Below, in pieces: positions 1-8,963 of a stretch of DNA of 64,000 nt. Position numbers and translations under genes: made by a program. The stretch lies in the NCBI GenBank assembly GCA_963770565.1, contig CAVYQE010000002.1, positions 192,001 to 256,000 on the forward strand. The letters run 5' to 3'. The stretch is from an uncultured Actinomycetota bacterium (lineage in GTDB: Bacteria; Actinomycetota; Actinomycetes; JAFAQI01). Below the pieces are notes generated by a model. It was given only the letters and a program-made list of their open reading frames with translations, searched no databases and was not told the origin of the DNA. Every line of letters starts with the position of its first letter. The stretch's first letter is position 1.

Positions 1-212
1 TCGCGCCCGCGCGCGGCACGGTCAGCCTGGTCGACGCGACCGACCGCCCGCTGGCCGCGGGCGACGTCGTGGTTCGCGTGACCACGCACACCGAAGACCT
101 CGAGGTCCGCGCGGAGCGCGCCGGTCACCTCGTCGAGTGGCTGGTCCAGGACGGCGACCCGGTCAACGCCGGACAGCCGCTGGCCCGAGTGAGCGCGGAG
201 GTGTTCGCATGA
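1..212 (+). CDS. fabD: 3' end of probable ACP S-malonyltransferase (FabD) with C-terminal biotinyl/lipoyl-like domain (partial)
   Basis: Frame 3 reads APARGTVSLV...EVRAERAGHLVEWLVQDGDPVNAGQPLARV...*; stop overlaps the fabH ATG (ATGA); FabD identity inferred from position. Confidence 0.6.
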   Translation, partial: APARGTVSLVDATDRPLAAGDVVVRVTTHTEDLEVRAERAGHLVEWLVQDGDPVNAGQPLARVSAEVFA

Positions 213-1162
213 AGGATCCAGCCCCCGCCCGGCACAGCCGGATCGTCGGACTCGGCGAGCACCGGCCGTCGCACGTGATGACCAACCACGAGCTGCCCGC
301 GTCGCTCGACACCAACGACGAATGGATCCAGCAGCGCACCGGCATCGCGCGCCGCGGCGTCGCCGGGCCGGAAGAGACGCCGGTCACGATGGCGACCGAA
401 GCGGCCCGCAAGGCTGTCGCCGACGCCGGCGTCGATCCGGCCCAGGTGGGCCTCGTCGTGCTGGCGACCTGCTCGATGCTGCAGCCGATCCCGGGCGGCT
501 CGTCGCAGGTCGCGACCGCGATCGGCGCCACGAACGCCGGCGCCTACGACCTCAACGCCGCGTGTGCCGGCTTCTGCTACGGCCTGGCCGCGGCGTCGGA
601 CGCCGTACGACTCGGATCAGCCGAGTACGCCGTCGTCATCGGGTCGGAGAAGATCACCAACTGGATCGACTGGTCCGACCGCTCGTCGGCGATCCTGTTC
701 GGCGACGGCGCCGGTGCCGCGGTGGTCGGCCCGTCCGACACCCCGGGCATCGGACCGGTCATCTGCGGGAGCGACGGCACCGCGTCCGGTCTGATCGACA
801 TGACCGAGGCCGGCCGGCTGCGTCTCGATGGCCCCGCCGTCTTCCGCTGGGCGACCACCGCGCTGGCCGACGTGATGGTGGCAATCTGCGACGCGGCCGG
901 CGTCTCGCCGACCGACCTCGCGGCATTCGTGCCGCACCAGGCCAACCTGCGGATCATCAATGCGCTTGCCCGCCAGATCGGCGCCACCAACGCCGTCATC
1001 GCCCAGGACGTCGTCGACACCGGCAACACCTCGGCCGCCTCGGTGCCGCTGGCCCTCGCCCGGCTGCGCCGCGAAGGCGCCGTCACCACGGGCGACCTCG
1101 CACTCACCCTCGCGTTCGGCTCGGGACTGACCTGGGCCGGGCAGATCGTCACCATCCCCTGA
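209..1162 (+). CDS. fabH: 3-oxoacyl-ACP synthase III
   Basis: AACAGF (Cys), PHQAN (His), GNTSAAS (Asn), LFGDGAGA. Confidence 0.95.
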   Translation: MKDPAPARHSRIVGLGEHRPSHVMTNHELPASLDTNDEWIQQRTGIARRGVAGPEETPVTMATEAARKAVADAGVDPAQVGLVVLATCSMLQPIPGGSSQVATAIGATNAGAYDLNAACAGFCYGLAAASDAVRLGSAEYAVVIGSEKITNWIDWSDRSSAILFGDGAGAAVVGPSDTPGIGPVICGSDGTASGLIDMTEAGRLRLDGPAVFRWATTALADVMVAICDAAGVSPTDLAAFVPHQANLRIINALARQIGATNAVIAQDVVDTGNTSAASVPLALARLRREGAVTTGDLALTLAFGSGLTWAGQIVTIP

Positions 1163-1197
1163 CCCCCGTACGACCCAACCAACAGGAGAGAAAACAC

Positions 1198-1446
1198 ATG
1201 TCAGACCAGGACATCCTCACCGCCCTCGGCGAGATCGTTCAGGAAGCGACCGGTATTCCCGCCGACCGCGTCGTGCCGGCTGCGTCGTTCACCAACGACC
1301 TCGACATCGACTCGCTGTCGATGGTGGAGATCGCGACGATGGCCGAGGACCGGTTCAACGTCTCGATCCCGGACTCCGAGCTCAGCAAGCTCAAGACCGT
1401 TGCGGACGTCGTGGACTTCCTCGCCAAGGCCGGGGTTGCGGTCTAA
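1198..1446 (+). CDS. acpP: acyl carrier protein
   Basis: DIDSLSMVE phosphopantetheine motif; AGGAG RBS. Confidence 0.95.
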   Translation: MSDQDILTALGEIVQEATGIPADRVVPAASFTNDLDIDSLSMVEIATMAEDRFNVSIPDSELSKLKTVADVVDFLAKAGVAV

Positions 1447-1500
1447 TCGCAATCCTCGTGCGCCGCGGGTGTAACCGATCGCGGCCGGCCGAAGTCCAAC

Positions 1501-1520
1501 CAGTGGCGTCGACGCCACTG
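1501..1520. repeat. perfect 20-bp palindrome between acpP and fabF
   Basis: CAGTGGCGTC-GACGCCACTG. Confidence 0.7.
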
Positions 1521-1549
1521 ACCAACCCGCAAGGAAGCAGGAGAGTGAC

Positions 1550-2782
1550 GTGAGCACTCGCGAAGTTGTGATCACCGGGCTCGGTGCGAGCACTCCGCTG
1601 GGTGGCGACATGACGTCCACCTGGGAGGCGCTGCTGGCCGGCGCCTCCGGCACCACACTGCTCGAGGACGACTGGGCGGCCGACCTCCCGGTCCGGCTCG
1701 CGGCTCCGGCCGCGGTCGACCCGGCCACCGTCCTTCCTCCGGCCCGGATGCGAAGCCTCGACCGCAATCAGCAGTTCGCGCTGATCGCGGCCCGCGAGGC
1801 ATGGGCCGACGCCGGCGCGCCGGAGGTCGAGCCCGAGCGGCTCGGCGCGGTCGTGTCGAGCGGCATCGGTGGGCTGATCACCGTGCTGGAGCAGTACGAC
1901 ATCCTCAACAGCAAGGGTGCGCGGCGGGTCTCGCCGTTCACCGTGCCGATGATCATGCCGAACGGCGCGGTCGCCGCCGTCGCACTCGAGCTCAACGCCC
2001 GGGCCGGCGCGCACTCCCCGGTCTCGGCCTGCGCGTCGGGTTCGGAGGCGCTCGCCTACGGGCTCGACATGATCCGCACCGGCCGGGCCGACGTAGTGGT
2101 CTGCGGTGGCTCGGAGGCCGTAATCCACGCGCTTCCGCTCGCCGCCTTCGCCGCGATGCGCGCGTTGTCGGCGCGCCACGACGATCCGCAAGCGGCGTCG
2201 CGGCCGTTCGACAAGCAGCGCGACGGCTTCGTGCTCGGTGAAGGTGCGTCGGTTCTCGTGCTCGAGGCCCGCGAGCATGCGGACGCGCGCGGCGCGAAGA
2301 AGTACGCCGTACTCGCCGGTGCCGGGATGGCGAGCGACGCCCATCACATCGCCGCTCCCGACCCGGACGGCGCCGGCGCCGGGCGGGCGATGAGTGCCGC
2401 ACTTGCCGACGCCGGGCTCGAGCCCAGCGACATCGGCCATCTCAACGCGCACGCCACGTCGACCCCCACCGGCGACATCGCGGAGGCAATCGCGATGCGG
2501 CGGGCGTTCGGGTCGCAGACCGACTCGATCCCGGTCACCGCGATCAAGTCGTGCTCGGGCCACTTGCTCGGCGCGGCCGGTGCACTCGAGGCCGCGGTCA
2601 CATGTCTGAGCCTGCGCGACCACAAGGTGCCGGCGATCCGCAACCTCGACGATCCTGACGATGAGGTCGGGCTCGACCTGGTGCGAGTCACTCCCCGCGA
2701 CCTCGCCACCGGCAAGGCCGCACTGTCCAACTCGTTCGGCTTCGGCGGTCACGATGTCGCCCTTGCCTTTACGGAGGCCTGA
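1550..2782 (+). CDS. fabF: 3-oxoacyl-ACP synthase II
   Basis: SACASG, NAHATST, GHLLGAAG, SNSFGFGG. Confidence 0.95.
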   Translation: MSTREVVITGLGASTPLGGDMTSTWEALLAGASGTTLLEDDWAADLPVRLAAPAAVDPATVLPPARMRSLDRNQQFALIAAREAWADAGAPEVEPERLGAVVSSGIGGLITVLEQYDILNSKGARRVSPFTVPMIMPNGAVAAVALELNARAGAHSPVSACASGSEALAYGLDMIRTGRADVVVCGGSEAVIHALPLAAFAAMRALSARHDDPQAASRPFDKQRDGFVLGEGASVLVLEAREHADARGAKKYAVLAGAGMASDAHHIAAPDPDGAGAGRAMSAALADAGLEPSDIGHLNAHATSTPTGDIAEAIAMRRAFGSQTDSIPVTAIKSCSGHLLGAAGALEAAVTCLSLRDHKVPAIRNLDDPDDEVGLDLVRVTPRDLATGKAALSNSFGFGGHDVALAFTEA

Positions 2783-4197
2783 TGTCTCTGCTCGAGGCTG
2801 TCCCCCAACAGGTGTCCACCACGACCGGTGAGGTCGACCGCGACCCGCGCGAGCGGCTCGCGCAGCTGCTCGGCACCGAGTCGATGCTGATCATGCACGC
2901 CGAGCCCGGCTCGGGCGTCGTCACCGCGATCGGCGACCTGCACGGCCATCCGACCGTCGCATTCGCGACCGACCCCGCACTGCAGGGCGGCGCGATGGGT
3001 TCGGAGGGCTGCGAGGCGATCGTCGAGGCCTACGAGGCCGCCATGCGCCACAAGGCCGCGATCGTCGGCATCTGGCAGTCCGGCGGCGCCCGGCTCGCCG
3101 AGGGCGTCGCATCGCTCAACGCGGTCGGCCGGGTGTTCGCGGCGATGACCCGGGCGTCCGGCCACGTGCCGCAGATCTCCGTCGTACTCGGCCCGGCCGC
3201 CGGCGGTGCGGCCTACGGTCCGGCGCTCACCGACATCGTCATCCTCGGGCCCAACGGGCGGGTCTTCGTGACCGGTCCGGACGTCGTCAGAAGCGTCACC
3301 GGCGAGGACGTCGACATGGCCAAGCTCGGTGGCCCCGAGCCGCACGGCCGGCGCAGCGGCGTCGTCCACGTCATCGCCCAGACCGACGTCGAGGCGCTGG
3401 CGTCGGCCGTCGACCTGGTCGGCCTGCTGGTCGACCGCCGTCAGGTGACCATCGTCGACGACCGCACCCTCAGCGACCTGCTGCCGGAGTCGGCCCGCCG
3501 CGCGTACGACGTGCACCCGATCGTCAACCGGCTGCTCGACGAGCCCGGCACCGAGCTGCACGCCAAGTGGGCACCGAACATCGTGACGATGCTCGGACGG
3601 ATCGGCGGCGGCAGTGTCGGCGTGCTCGCCAACAACCCGATGCGACTCGGTGGCTGCCTCGACTCCGCGAGTGCGGAGAAGGCGGCCCGGTTCGTACGGA
3701 TGTGCGACGCGTTCGGTGTGCCACTGGTCGTGATCGTCGACGTGCCGGGCTACCTGCCCGGTGTCGCCCAGGAGTGGGACGGCGTCGTACGACGCGGCGC
3801 CAAACTGCTGCACGCCTTCGCCGAGGCGTCGGTGCCGCGGGTGACGGTTGTGACCCGCAAGGCGTACGGCGGCGCATACATCGCGATGAACTCCCGCTCG
3901 CTCGACGCCACCAGGGTCTACGCCTGGCCGGGCGCCGAGGTGGCCGTCATGGGCGCGGTGGCAGCGGTTCGGGTCCTCAAGCGGCGGCAGATCGCCGAGG
4001 CGCCCGAGCACGAGCGCTCGAGCCTGGAGAACGCACTGGCCGCGGCGCACGAGATCGAGTCCGGCGGGGTCAACCGCGCGGTCGAGCTCGGCCTGGTCGA
4101 CGAGATCATCGACCCGGACATCACCCGGAGTGCGGTGAGCACTGCGCTCGCCAAGGAACCGGCTCGACGCGGAAGCCACGGAAACATCCCGCTATGA
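2782..4197 (+). CDS. accD: acyl-CoA carboxylase beta (carboxyltransferase) subunit, AccD6-like
   Basis: SGGARLAEG, GGAAYGPAL, VDVPGYLPG, RKAYGGAYIAM, HGNIPL. Confidence 0.92.
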   Translation: MSLLEAVPQQVSTTTGEVDRDPRERLAQLLGTESMLIMHAEPGSGVVTAIGDLHGHPTVAFATDPALQGGAMGSEGCEAIVEAYEAAMRHKAAIVGIWQSGGARLAEGVASLNAVGRVFAAMTRASGHVPQISVVLGPAAGGAAYGPALTDIVILGPNGRVFVTGPDVVRSVTGEDVDMAKLGGPEPHGRRSGVVHVIAQTDVEALASAVDLVGLLVDRRQVTIVDDRTLSDLLPESARRAYDVHPIVNRLLDEPGTELHAKWAPNIVTMLGRIGGGSVGVLANNPMRLGGCLDSASAEKAARFVRMCDAFGVPLVVIVDVPGYLPGVAQEWDGVVRRGAKLLHAFAEASVPRVTVVTRKAYGGAYIAMNSRSLDATRVYAWPGAEVAVMGAVAAVRVLKRRQIAEAPEHERSSLENALAAAHEIESGGVNRAVELGLVDEIIDPDITRSAVSTALAKEPARRGSHGNIPL

Positions 4198-4910
4198 CAG
4201 CTGCCACCAGCAGGTCGGTCCTGATCACGGGTGGCAACCACGGCATCGGCCTCGGCATCGCTCGACAGCTCTCCGCGGCCGGGCACCGGGTCGCGGTCAC
4301 GCATCACTCGAGCGGATCGCCCGAGGGATTGTTCGGCGTGAAGTGCGACGTCGCCGATCCGGAGTCGGTGCGCGACGCGGTCGAGCGGGTGGTGGCCGAG
4401 CACGGTGCGATCGAGGTGCTCGTCGCCAACGCCGGGATCACTCGTGACGGTCTCATGATGCGGATGCCGGATCACGACTGGAACGACGTGATCGACACCA
4501 ACCTCCGTGGTGCGTGGGCGGCCGCGCGTGCCGTCATCCCCGGGATGGCGAAGGCTCGGTACGGCCGGTTGTTGTTCGTTTCCAGTGTGGTCGGCATGCT
4601 CGGCTCGGCGGGTCAGGCCAACTACGCGGCCTCCAAGGCAGGTCTGATCGGGCTGGCGCGCTCGCTCGCGCGCGAGTACGCACCACGAGGGATCACGTCG
4701 AACGTGCTCACTCCTGGTCTGGTCGACACCGGCATGACCGCGGTGTTGAGCGACGGTCAGCGCGAGGAGATCGTCGCGCGCACACCGCTGAAGCGGATCG
4801 CCTCGGTCGAGGAAGTTGCTGCCGTCGCTGCGTTCCTGGTCAGCGACGAAGCGTCGTACGTCACGGGTGCGGTCGTGCCCGTCGACGGTGGATTAGGGAT
4901 GGGTCACTGA
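4194..4910 (+). CDS. fabG: 3-oxoacyl-ACP reductase
   Basis: TGGNHGIG, NAGITRD, YAASK, VDGGLGMGH; ATGA overlap with accD. Confidence 0.92.
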   Translation: MTAATSRSVLITGGNHGIGLGIARQLSAAGHRVAVTHHSSGSPEGLFGVKCDVADPESVRDAVERVVAEHGAIEVLVANAGITRDGLMMRMPDHDWNDVIDTNLRGAWAAARAVIPGMAKARYGRLLFVSSVVGMLGSAGQANYAASKAGLIGLARSLAREYAPRGITSNVLTPGLVDTGMTAVLSDGQREEIVARTPLKRIASVEEVAAVAAFLVSDEASYVTGAVVPVDGGLGMGH

Positions 4911-5677
4911 TGGGTTTGCTGGACGGAAAGTCGATCCTCGTCACTGGAGTGTTGACCAACGCCTCCATCGCGTTCCGGGTTGCCGAGGTCGCGCAGCAGG
5001 AAGGCGCGACCGTGATCCTCACCGGCGTCGGGCGGAGCATGTCGCTCACCGCGCGGATCGCCAACCGGCTGCCGCAGGGTGCGCCGGTCGTGCCGCTCGA
5101 CGTCACCGACCAGACCGAGCTGGACGGCCTGGCCGACGCGGTGCGGGAGCACACCGACCGCCTCGACGGTGTGCTGCACGCGATCGGCTTCGCGCCGCCG
5201 ACGGCGCTCGGCGGCGGGTTCTTCACCGCACCGTGGGAGGACGTCGCGACCGCGATCCACATCTCGACCTACTCGCTGGTCTCGCTGGCGCGGGCGACAC
5301 TGCCGCTGATGGGCGGCGGCGGATCGTTGGTGGGGCTGGACTTCGACGCCACTCGCGCCTGGCCGGCGTACGACTGGATGGGCGTGGCGAAGGCCGGCCT
5401 GGAGTCGACCACCCGCTACCTCGCGCGCGAGCTCGGGCCGCAGGGGATCCGGATCAACCTGGTCGCCGCCGGTCCGCTGCGGACGATGGCCGCGAAGTCG
5501 ATCCCCGGCTTCGACGGGTTCGAGCAGGTCTGGAAGGAACGAGCCCCGCTCGGCTGGGACGTCGAGAACAGCACGCCGGCGGCTCGCGCCTGCGTTGCGC
5601 TGCTGTCGGACTGGTTCCCGGCAACGACCGGCTCGGTCGTGCACGTCGACGGTGGAGTCCACGCCGTCGGCGCCTGA
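4910..5677 (+). CDS. fabI: enoyl-ACP reductase (InhA/FabI)
   Basis: SIAF, LHAIGFAP, YDWMGVAK, AAGPLRT. Confidence 0.93.
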   Translation: MGLLDGKSILVTGVLTNASIAFRVAEVAQQEGATVILTGVGRSMSLTARIANRLPQGAPVVPLDVTDQTELDGLADAVREHTDRLDGVLHAIGFAPPTALGGGFFTAPWEDVATAIHISTYSLVSLARATLPLMGGGGSLVGLDFDATRAWPAYDWMGVAKAGLESTTRYLARELGPQGIRINLVAAGPLRTMAAKSIPGFDGFEQVWKERAPLGWDVENSTPAARACVALLSDWFPATTGSVVHVDGGVHAVGA

Positions 5678-5681
5678 AGTT

Positions 5682-6398
5682 CTACTGGGAGATCGTCCAG
5701 GTCAGCGGCAGCGAGGCGGTGAGCCCCTGGTCGGCGTTGGTCTGGGAGCGGTCGGACCGCACGGTGAAGACGTACGTCGCAGAGGCGCCGGACGCAAGCG
5801 TCGAAAGGCCAGGGTTCACAAGGGTCTGATTGGCGAGGCTGGCGAGGGTCCCCTTGCGACTGGGCTTGGGACACGCGTCGACGGTCAACCTCGGGAAGAT
5901 GCAGCGATACCGCGCACCAACCGTCGCGTTCGTGATCGTCACGTCGACCTTGCCACAGAAGCCCTTGATGTCGGCGCCGGCGTAGCCGCCGTTGTTGCGG
6001 GCGCCAGCTGCCGAGCAGGCGCCGATCGCGAGTGACGAAGCCGACGTGTCTTGCGTGCCGACATTCATGACGTCGACCGTGGTCGAGGTCGCCGGGCCGC
6101 CAGGCGCCTGGTTCCTCGCGCCGCCGAGATCGTTGATCGAGTTGCAGCCGCCGCGGTGCGCCAGATGCCTCACCGCGCCGGCCGAGAAGCAGGTCGTCGT
6201 TCCGACTCCTTCCCGCAGTTGCACCACACCGGACCCGCCCGTGCTGGTCGGACCCGTGATCGCTCCGGACACGCCACTGAGCGCGCCGATCGCGGCTGCG
6301 CCAAACCCGACGACAACTGCACCGGCAGCCGCAACGGAACGGAGACTGCCGAACACCTTGTGTCGTCGATCTCGCGAAGATTGTGCCGGAACGTTCAC
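5682..6398 (-). CDS. secreted Cys-containing protein, TasA/camelysin-like
   Basis: Basic plus hydrophobic N-terminus, NVGT motif, C-terminal ADQGLTASLPLTWTISQ. Confidence 0.55.
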   Translation of the reverse strand: MNVPAQSSRDRRHKVFGSLRSVAAAGAVVVGFGAAAIGALSGVSGAITGPTSTGGSGVVQLREGVGTTTCFSAGAVRHLAHRGGCNSINDLGGARNQAPGGPATSTTVDVMNVGTQDTSASSLAIGACSAAGARNNGGYAGADIKGFCGKVDVTITNATVGARYRCIFPRLTVDACPKPSRKGTLASLANQTLVNPGLSTLASGASATYVFTVRSDRSQTNADQGLTASLPLTWTISQ

Positions 6399-6531
6399 GA
6401 GACCCCCTCAGTAGTGCTACCGATACCTTCGACCGGACAAAGCACTTGGGCGCAGAGGATTGCGACCCCAGCCCACCGGGTCATCCGACCTCACCCGTGC
6501 GAGCCGCGGCGGGTCGATCGGCCCGGTGCGA

Positions 6532-7122
6532 TCAGACCGGGGGCTCGGGGTCGTACTGGATGTAGCGGCGCACTTCGCGAGCGCGCTCCACGCTCGCGAG
6601 CCGGCGGACCAGATGCAGCGCCATGTCGATCCCGGCAGAGACGCCGGACGCGGTGATGACGTCACCGTCGTCGACGAACCGGTCGTCCGGGCGAACCTCG
6701 ATCGTCGGGTCGGTTTCGGCCAGCAGGTCGAGCGAGCCCCAGTGCGTCGTCGCGGGCCGCCCGGCCAACAGGCCGGCCGCGGCGTACACGAGTGAGCCGG
6801 TGCAGACACTGGTCATCAGGGCCGCTTCGGTACGCCGTTGCCGGACCCAGTCCAGGTGTTCGGGATCGCGCATGAGCGGGCGAGTGCCCTGCCCGCCCGG
6901 GTGCACCAGCACCTCGTAGCCCGGCGCGTCGGCAAACGAGTGGTGCGCGCCGATCGACAGTCCCTTGGCCGCCGCGACCGGCTCGCCAGTCCGCGACAGG
7001 CATGAGACGGCGAAGCCGTCGTCGGGGAAGAACGTGGTCCAGGCCGCGAGCACTTCCCACGGGCCGACCGCGTCGAGCTCCTCCACTCCGTCGAAGAGCA
7101 CGATTCCGATCTGTCGAGTCAT
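6532..7122 (-). CDS. DJ-1/PfpI family protein
   Basis: EELDAVGP, SVCTGS, ATTHW, SAGIDMAL. Confidence 0.9.
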   Translation of the reverse strand: MTRQIGIVLFDGVEELDAVGPWEVLAAWTTFFPDDGFAVSCLSRTGEPVAAAKGLSIGAHHSFADAPGYEVLVHPGGQGTRPLMRDPEHLDWVRQRRTEAALMTSVCTGSLVYAAAGLLAGRPATTHWGSLDLLAETDPTIEVRPDDRFVDDGDVITASGVSAGIDMALHLVRRLASVERAREVRRYIQYDPEPPV

Positions 7123-8138
7123 GCCCCGAAGCCTTGCACCCGCCGGTCGGTAAGCAGCCACCAGATCGCCTGCTCCTGCTCGGCGGTCAGGCCGCGACTC
7201 GGCAGACCGGCCCGCAACGGCCGCCGGGCCTTGGGCGGCAACGTCTGCATCCACTCCCAGGTGTCGGCGACCGTCGTCTCGATCGGACGGCAGGTCAGGC
7301 CTTGCGCGACCGCGGCCGACACGTCGCAGTCGTGCATGCCCGCGGCCTCGCTGTCCTCGGGGATCCAGCCCGGGAGGTCGTCCCACTCGCGTACCGCGGC
7401 CCGCCTGAGCACCGCCTCGCCGACCCAGACCAGGTCGGCGTGGCTGCCCGTGACCTCGACACACGCCTCGACCACCCGCCGGGTCGTGATGCCCTCCGAG
7501 CGCGGGCTGACGACGTTGAAGGCCCCCGAAGTCTGCTGCGACGCCGCGCTAAGCATGAACTCGGCCAGGTCGCGCGCGTCGAGCACCTGCCAGATCCGCT
7601 CAGGCGGCTCGGGCACCACGAGCGAGCCACCGGCGGCCGCCCGTTGCAGCCACCAGGTCAGCCGCCCGGCGTCCTCGTGCGGGCCCAGGATCAACCCGGC
7701 CCGCGCCAATAGCGAGCGGCCGTCGAACCGCTCCAGGACGGCGATCTCGCTGCCGCGCTTGTGGGCCGGATAGCCGCCGTCCGGGTCCGGGTCGACCAGC
7801 GGGGCGGACTCGTCGCTGCCGGGGGCGGGCGGCCAGCGGTAGACCGACCGGCTGGAGACGTAGCCGTACCACGCGACCGTGTCCGCCAGCGCGTCGGCCG
7901 AGGCCGCGACGACGCTCGGCTCACCGTCCCAGGTGTCGATGACCGCGTCCCAGCCGCCGCCCGCCACTGGCTTCAGCGCGGCCGGATCCCGCCGGTCCGC
8001 ACGGACCCAGGTCACCCCGCCGTCGGGCTCGCCGCTGTCGCCGCGGCTGAGGACCGTGACCTCAGCGCCGCGCTCGAGCGCGGTCGCAACGATCGCCCGC
8101 CCGACGAACCGGGTGCCACCGAGCACCAGCAGCTTCAT
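7119..8138 (-). CDS. NAD-dependent epimerase/reductase (atypical SDR)
   Basis: LVLGGTRFVG, VSSRSVY, YPAHK. Confidence 0.85.
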   Translation of the reverse strand: MKLLVLGGTRFVGRAIVATALERGAEVTVLSRGDSGEPDGGVTWVRADRRDPAALKPVAGGGWDAVIDTWDGEPSVVAASADALADTVAWYGYVSSRSVYRWPPAPGSDESAPLVDPDPDGGYPAHKRGSEIAVLERFDGRSLLARAGLILGPHEDAGRLTWWLQRAAAGGSLVVPEPPERIWQVLDARDLAEFMLSAASQQTSGAFNVVSPRSEGITTRRVVEACVEVTGSHADLVWVGEAVLRRAAVREWDDLPGWIPEDSEAAGMHDCDVSAAVAQGLTCRPIETTVADTWEWMQTLPPKARRPLRAGLPSRGLTAEQEQAIWWLLTDRRVQGFGA

Positions 8139-8218
8139 GGCGGCCAGCCTCACCCGCGCGACGGATGGTGTCAGTAGGTTCTGCCGACGGCGGACGGATG
8201 TTCGCCGGTGGCGGCGAC

Positions 8219-8911
8219 TCAGGCCGAGGCGGTCACGAACACGTGCGCCGCGGTCGCGTCGTCGAGCTCGACCGCTCGGGTGCCCTGGCCGACCAGGACC
8301 CGACCGTTCTGCCGACCGACCGCGACGCTGGTGTTGGGCCGGAAGCCGGCTCGCCGCAGCCGGGTCAACAGCTTGGTGTCGGACTGGATCGGCTCCCCGA
8401 TCCGGCGTACGACGACCGTGGTGATGGCCGGCGGCAGGTCGGTGAGGGCGACCAGGCCGCCGAGGAAGTCGTCCGAATTGGTGTCGCCGAGCTCGCTCAG
8501 CCCCGGGATCGGGTTGCCGTACGGCGACTCGGTCGGGTGCCCGAGGATCTCCAGCAACCGGCGCTCGACCGTCTCGCTCATCACGTGCTCCCAGCGGCAT
8601 GCCTCGTCGTGCACGAGCTGCCAGTCCAGGCCGATGATGTCGACCAGGAGGCACTCGGCAAGCCGGTGCTTGCGCATGACCCTGGTGGCCGCCGAGCGAC
8701 CAGCCGGCGTGAGGTCGATCCGGCGGTCTGCCGTCACGGTGAGCAAGCCGTCGCGCTCCATCCGCGCGACCGTCTGCGAGACGGTCGGGACGCTCTGATC
8801 CAGCCGCTCAGCGATCCGCGCGCGCAGCGGGACGACCCCTTCCTCCTCGAGTTCGAGCACCGTACGGAGATACATCTCCGCGGTGTCGATGAGGTCGTGC
8901 TCGTGGTTCAC
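8219..8911 (-). CDS. ideR: DtxR/IdeR metal-dependent transcriptional regulator
   Basis: LIDTAEMYLR, RKHRLAE, EACRWEHVMSE, SPYGNPIPGL, C-terminal FeoA-like domain. Confidence 0.92.
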   Translation of the reverse strand: MNHEHDLIDTAEMYLRTVLELEEEGVVPLRARIAERLDQSVPTVSQTVARMERDGLLTVTADRRIDLTPAGRSAATRVMRKHRLAECLLVDIIGLDWQLVHDEACRWEHVMSETVERRLLEILGHPTESPYGNPIPGLSELGDTNSDDFLGGLVALTDLPPAITTVVVRRIGEPIQSDTKLLTRLRRAGFRPNTSVAVGRQNGRVLVGQGTRAVELDDATAAHVFVTASA

Positions 8912-8963
8912 CCGGCCATTCTCCACCCGGATCGGCCCAGAAGCCTCGTGTACGGTCCATGGG

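Noticed and set aside
1-5677. Type II PKS cluster
   Set aside because: No chain-length factor, cyclase or tailoring genes; the enzymes look like primary FAS-II.
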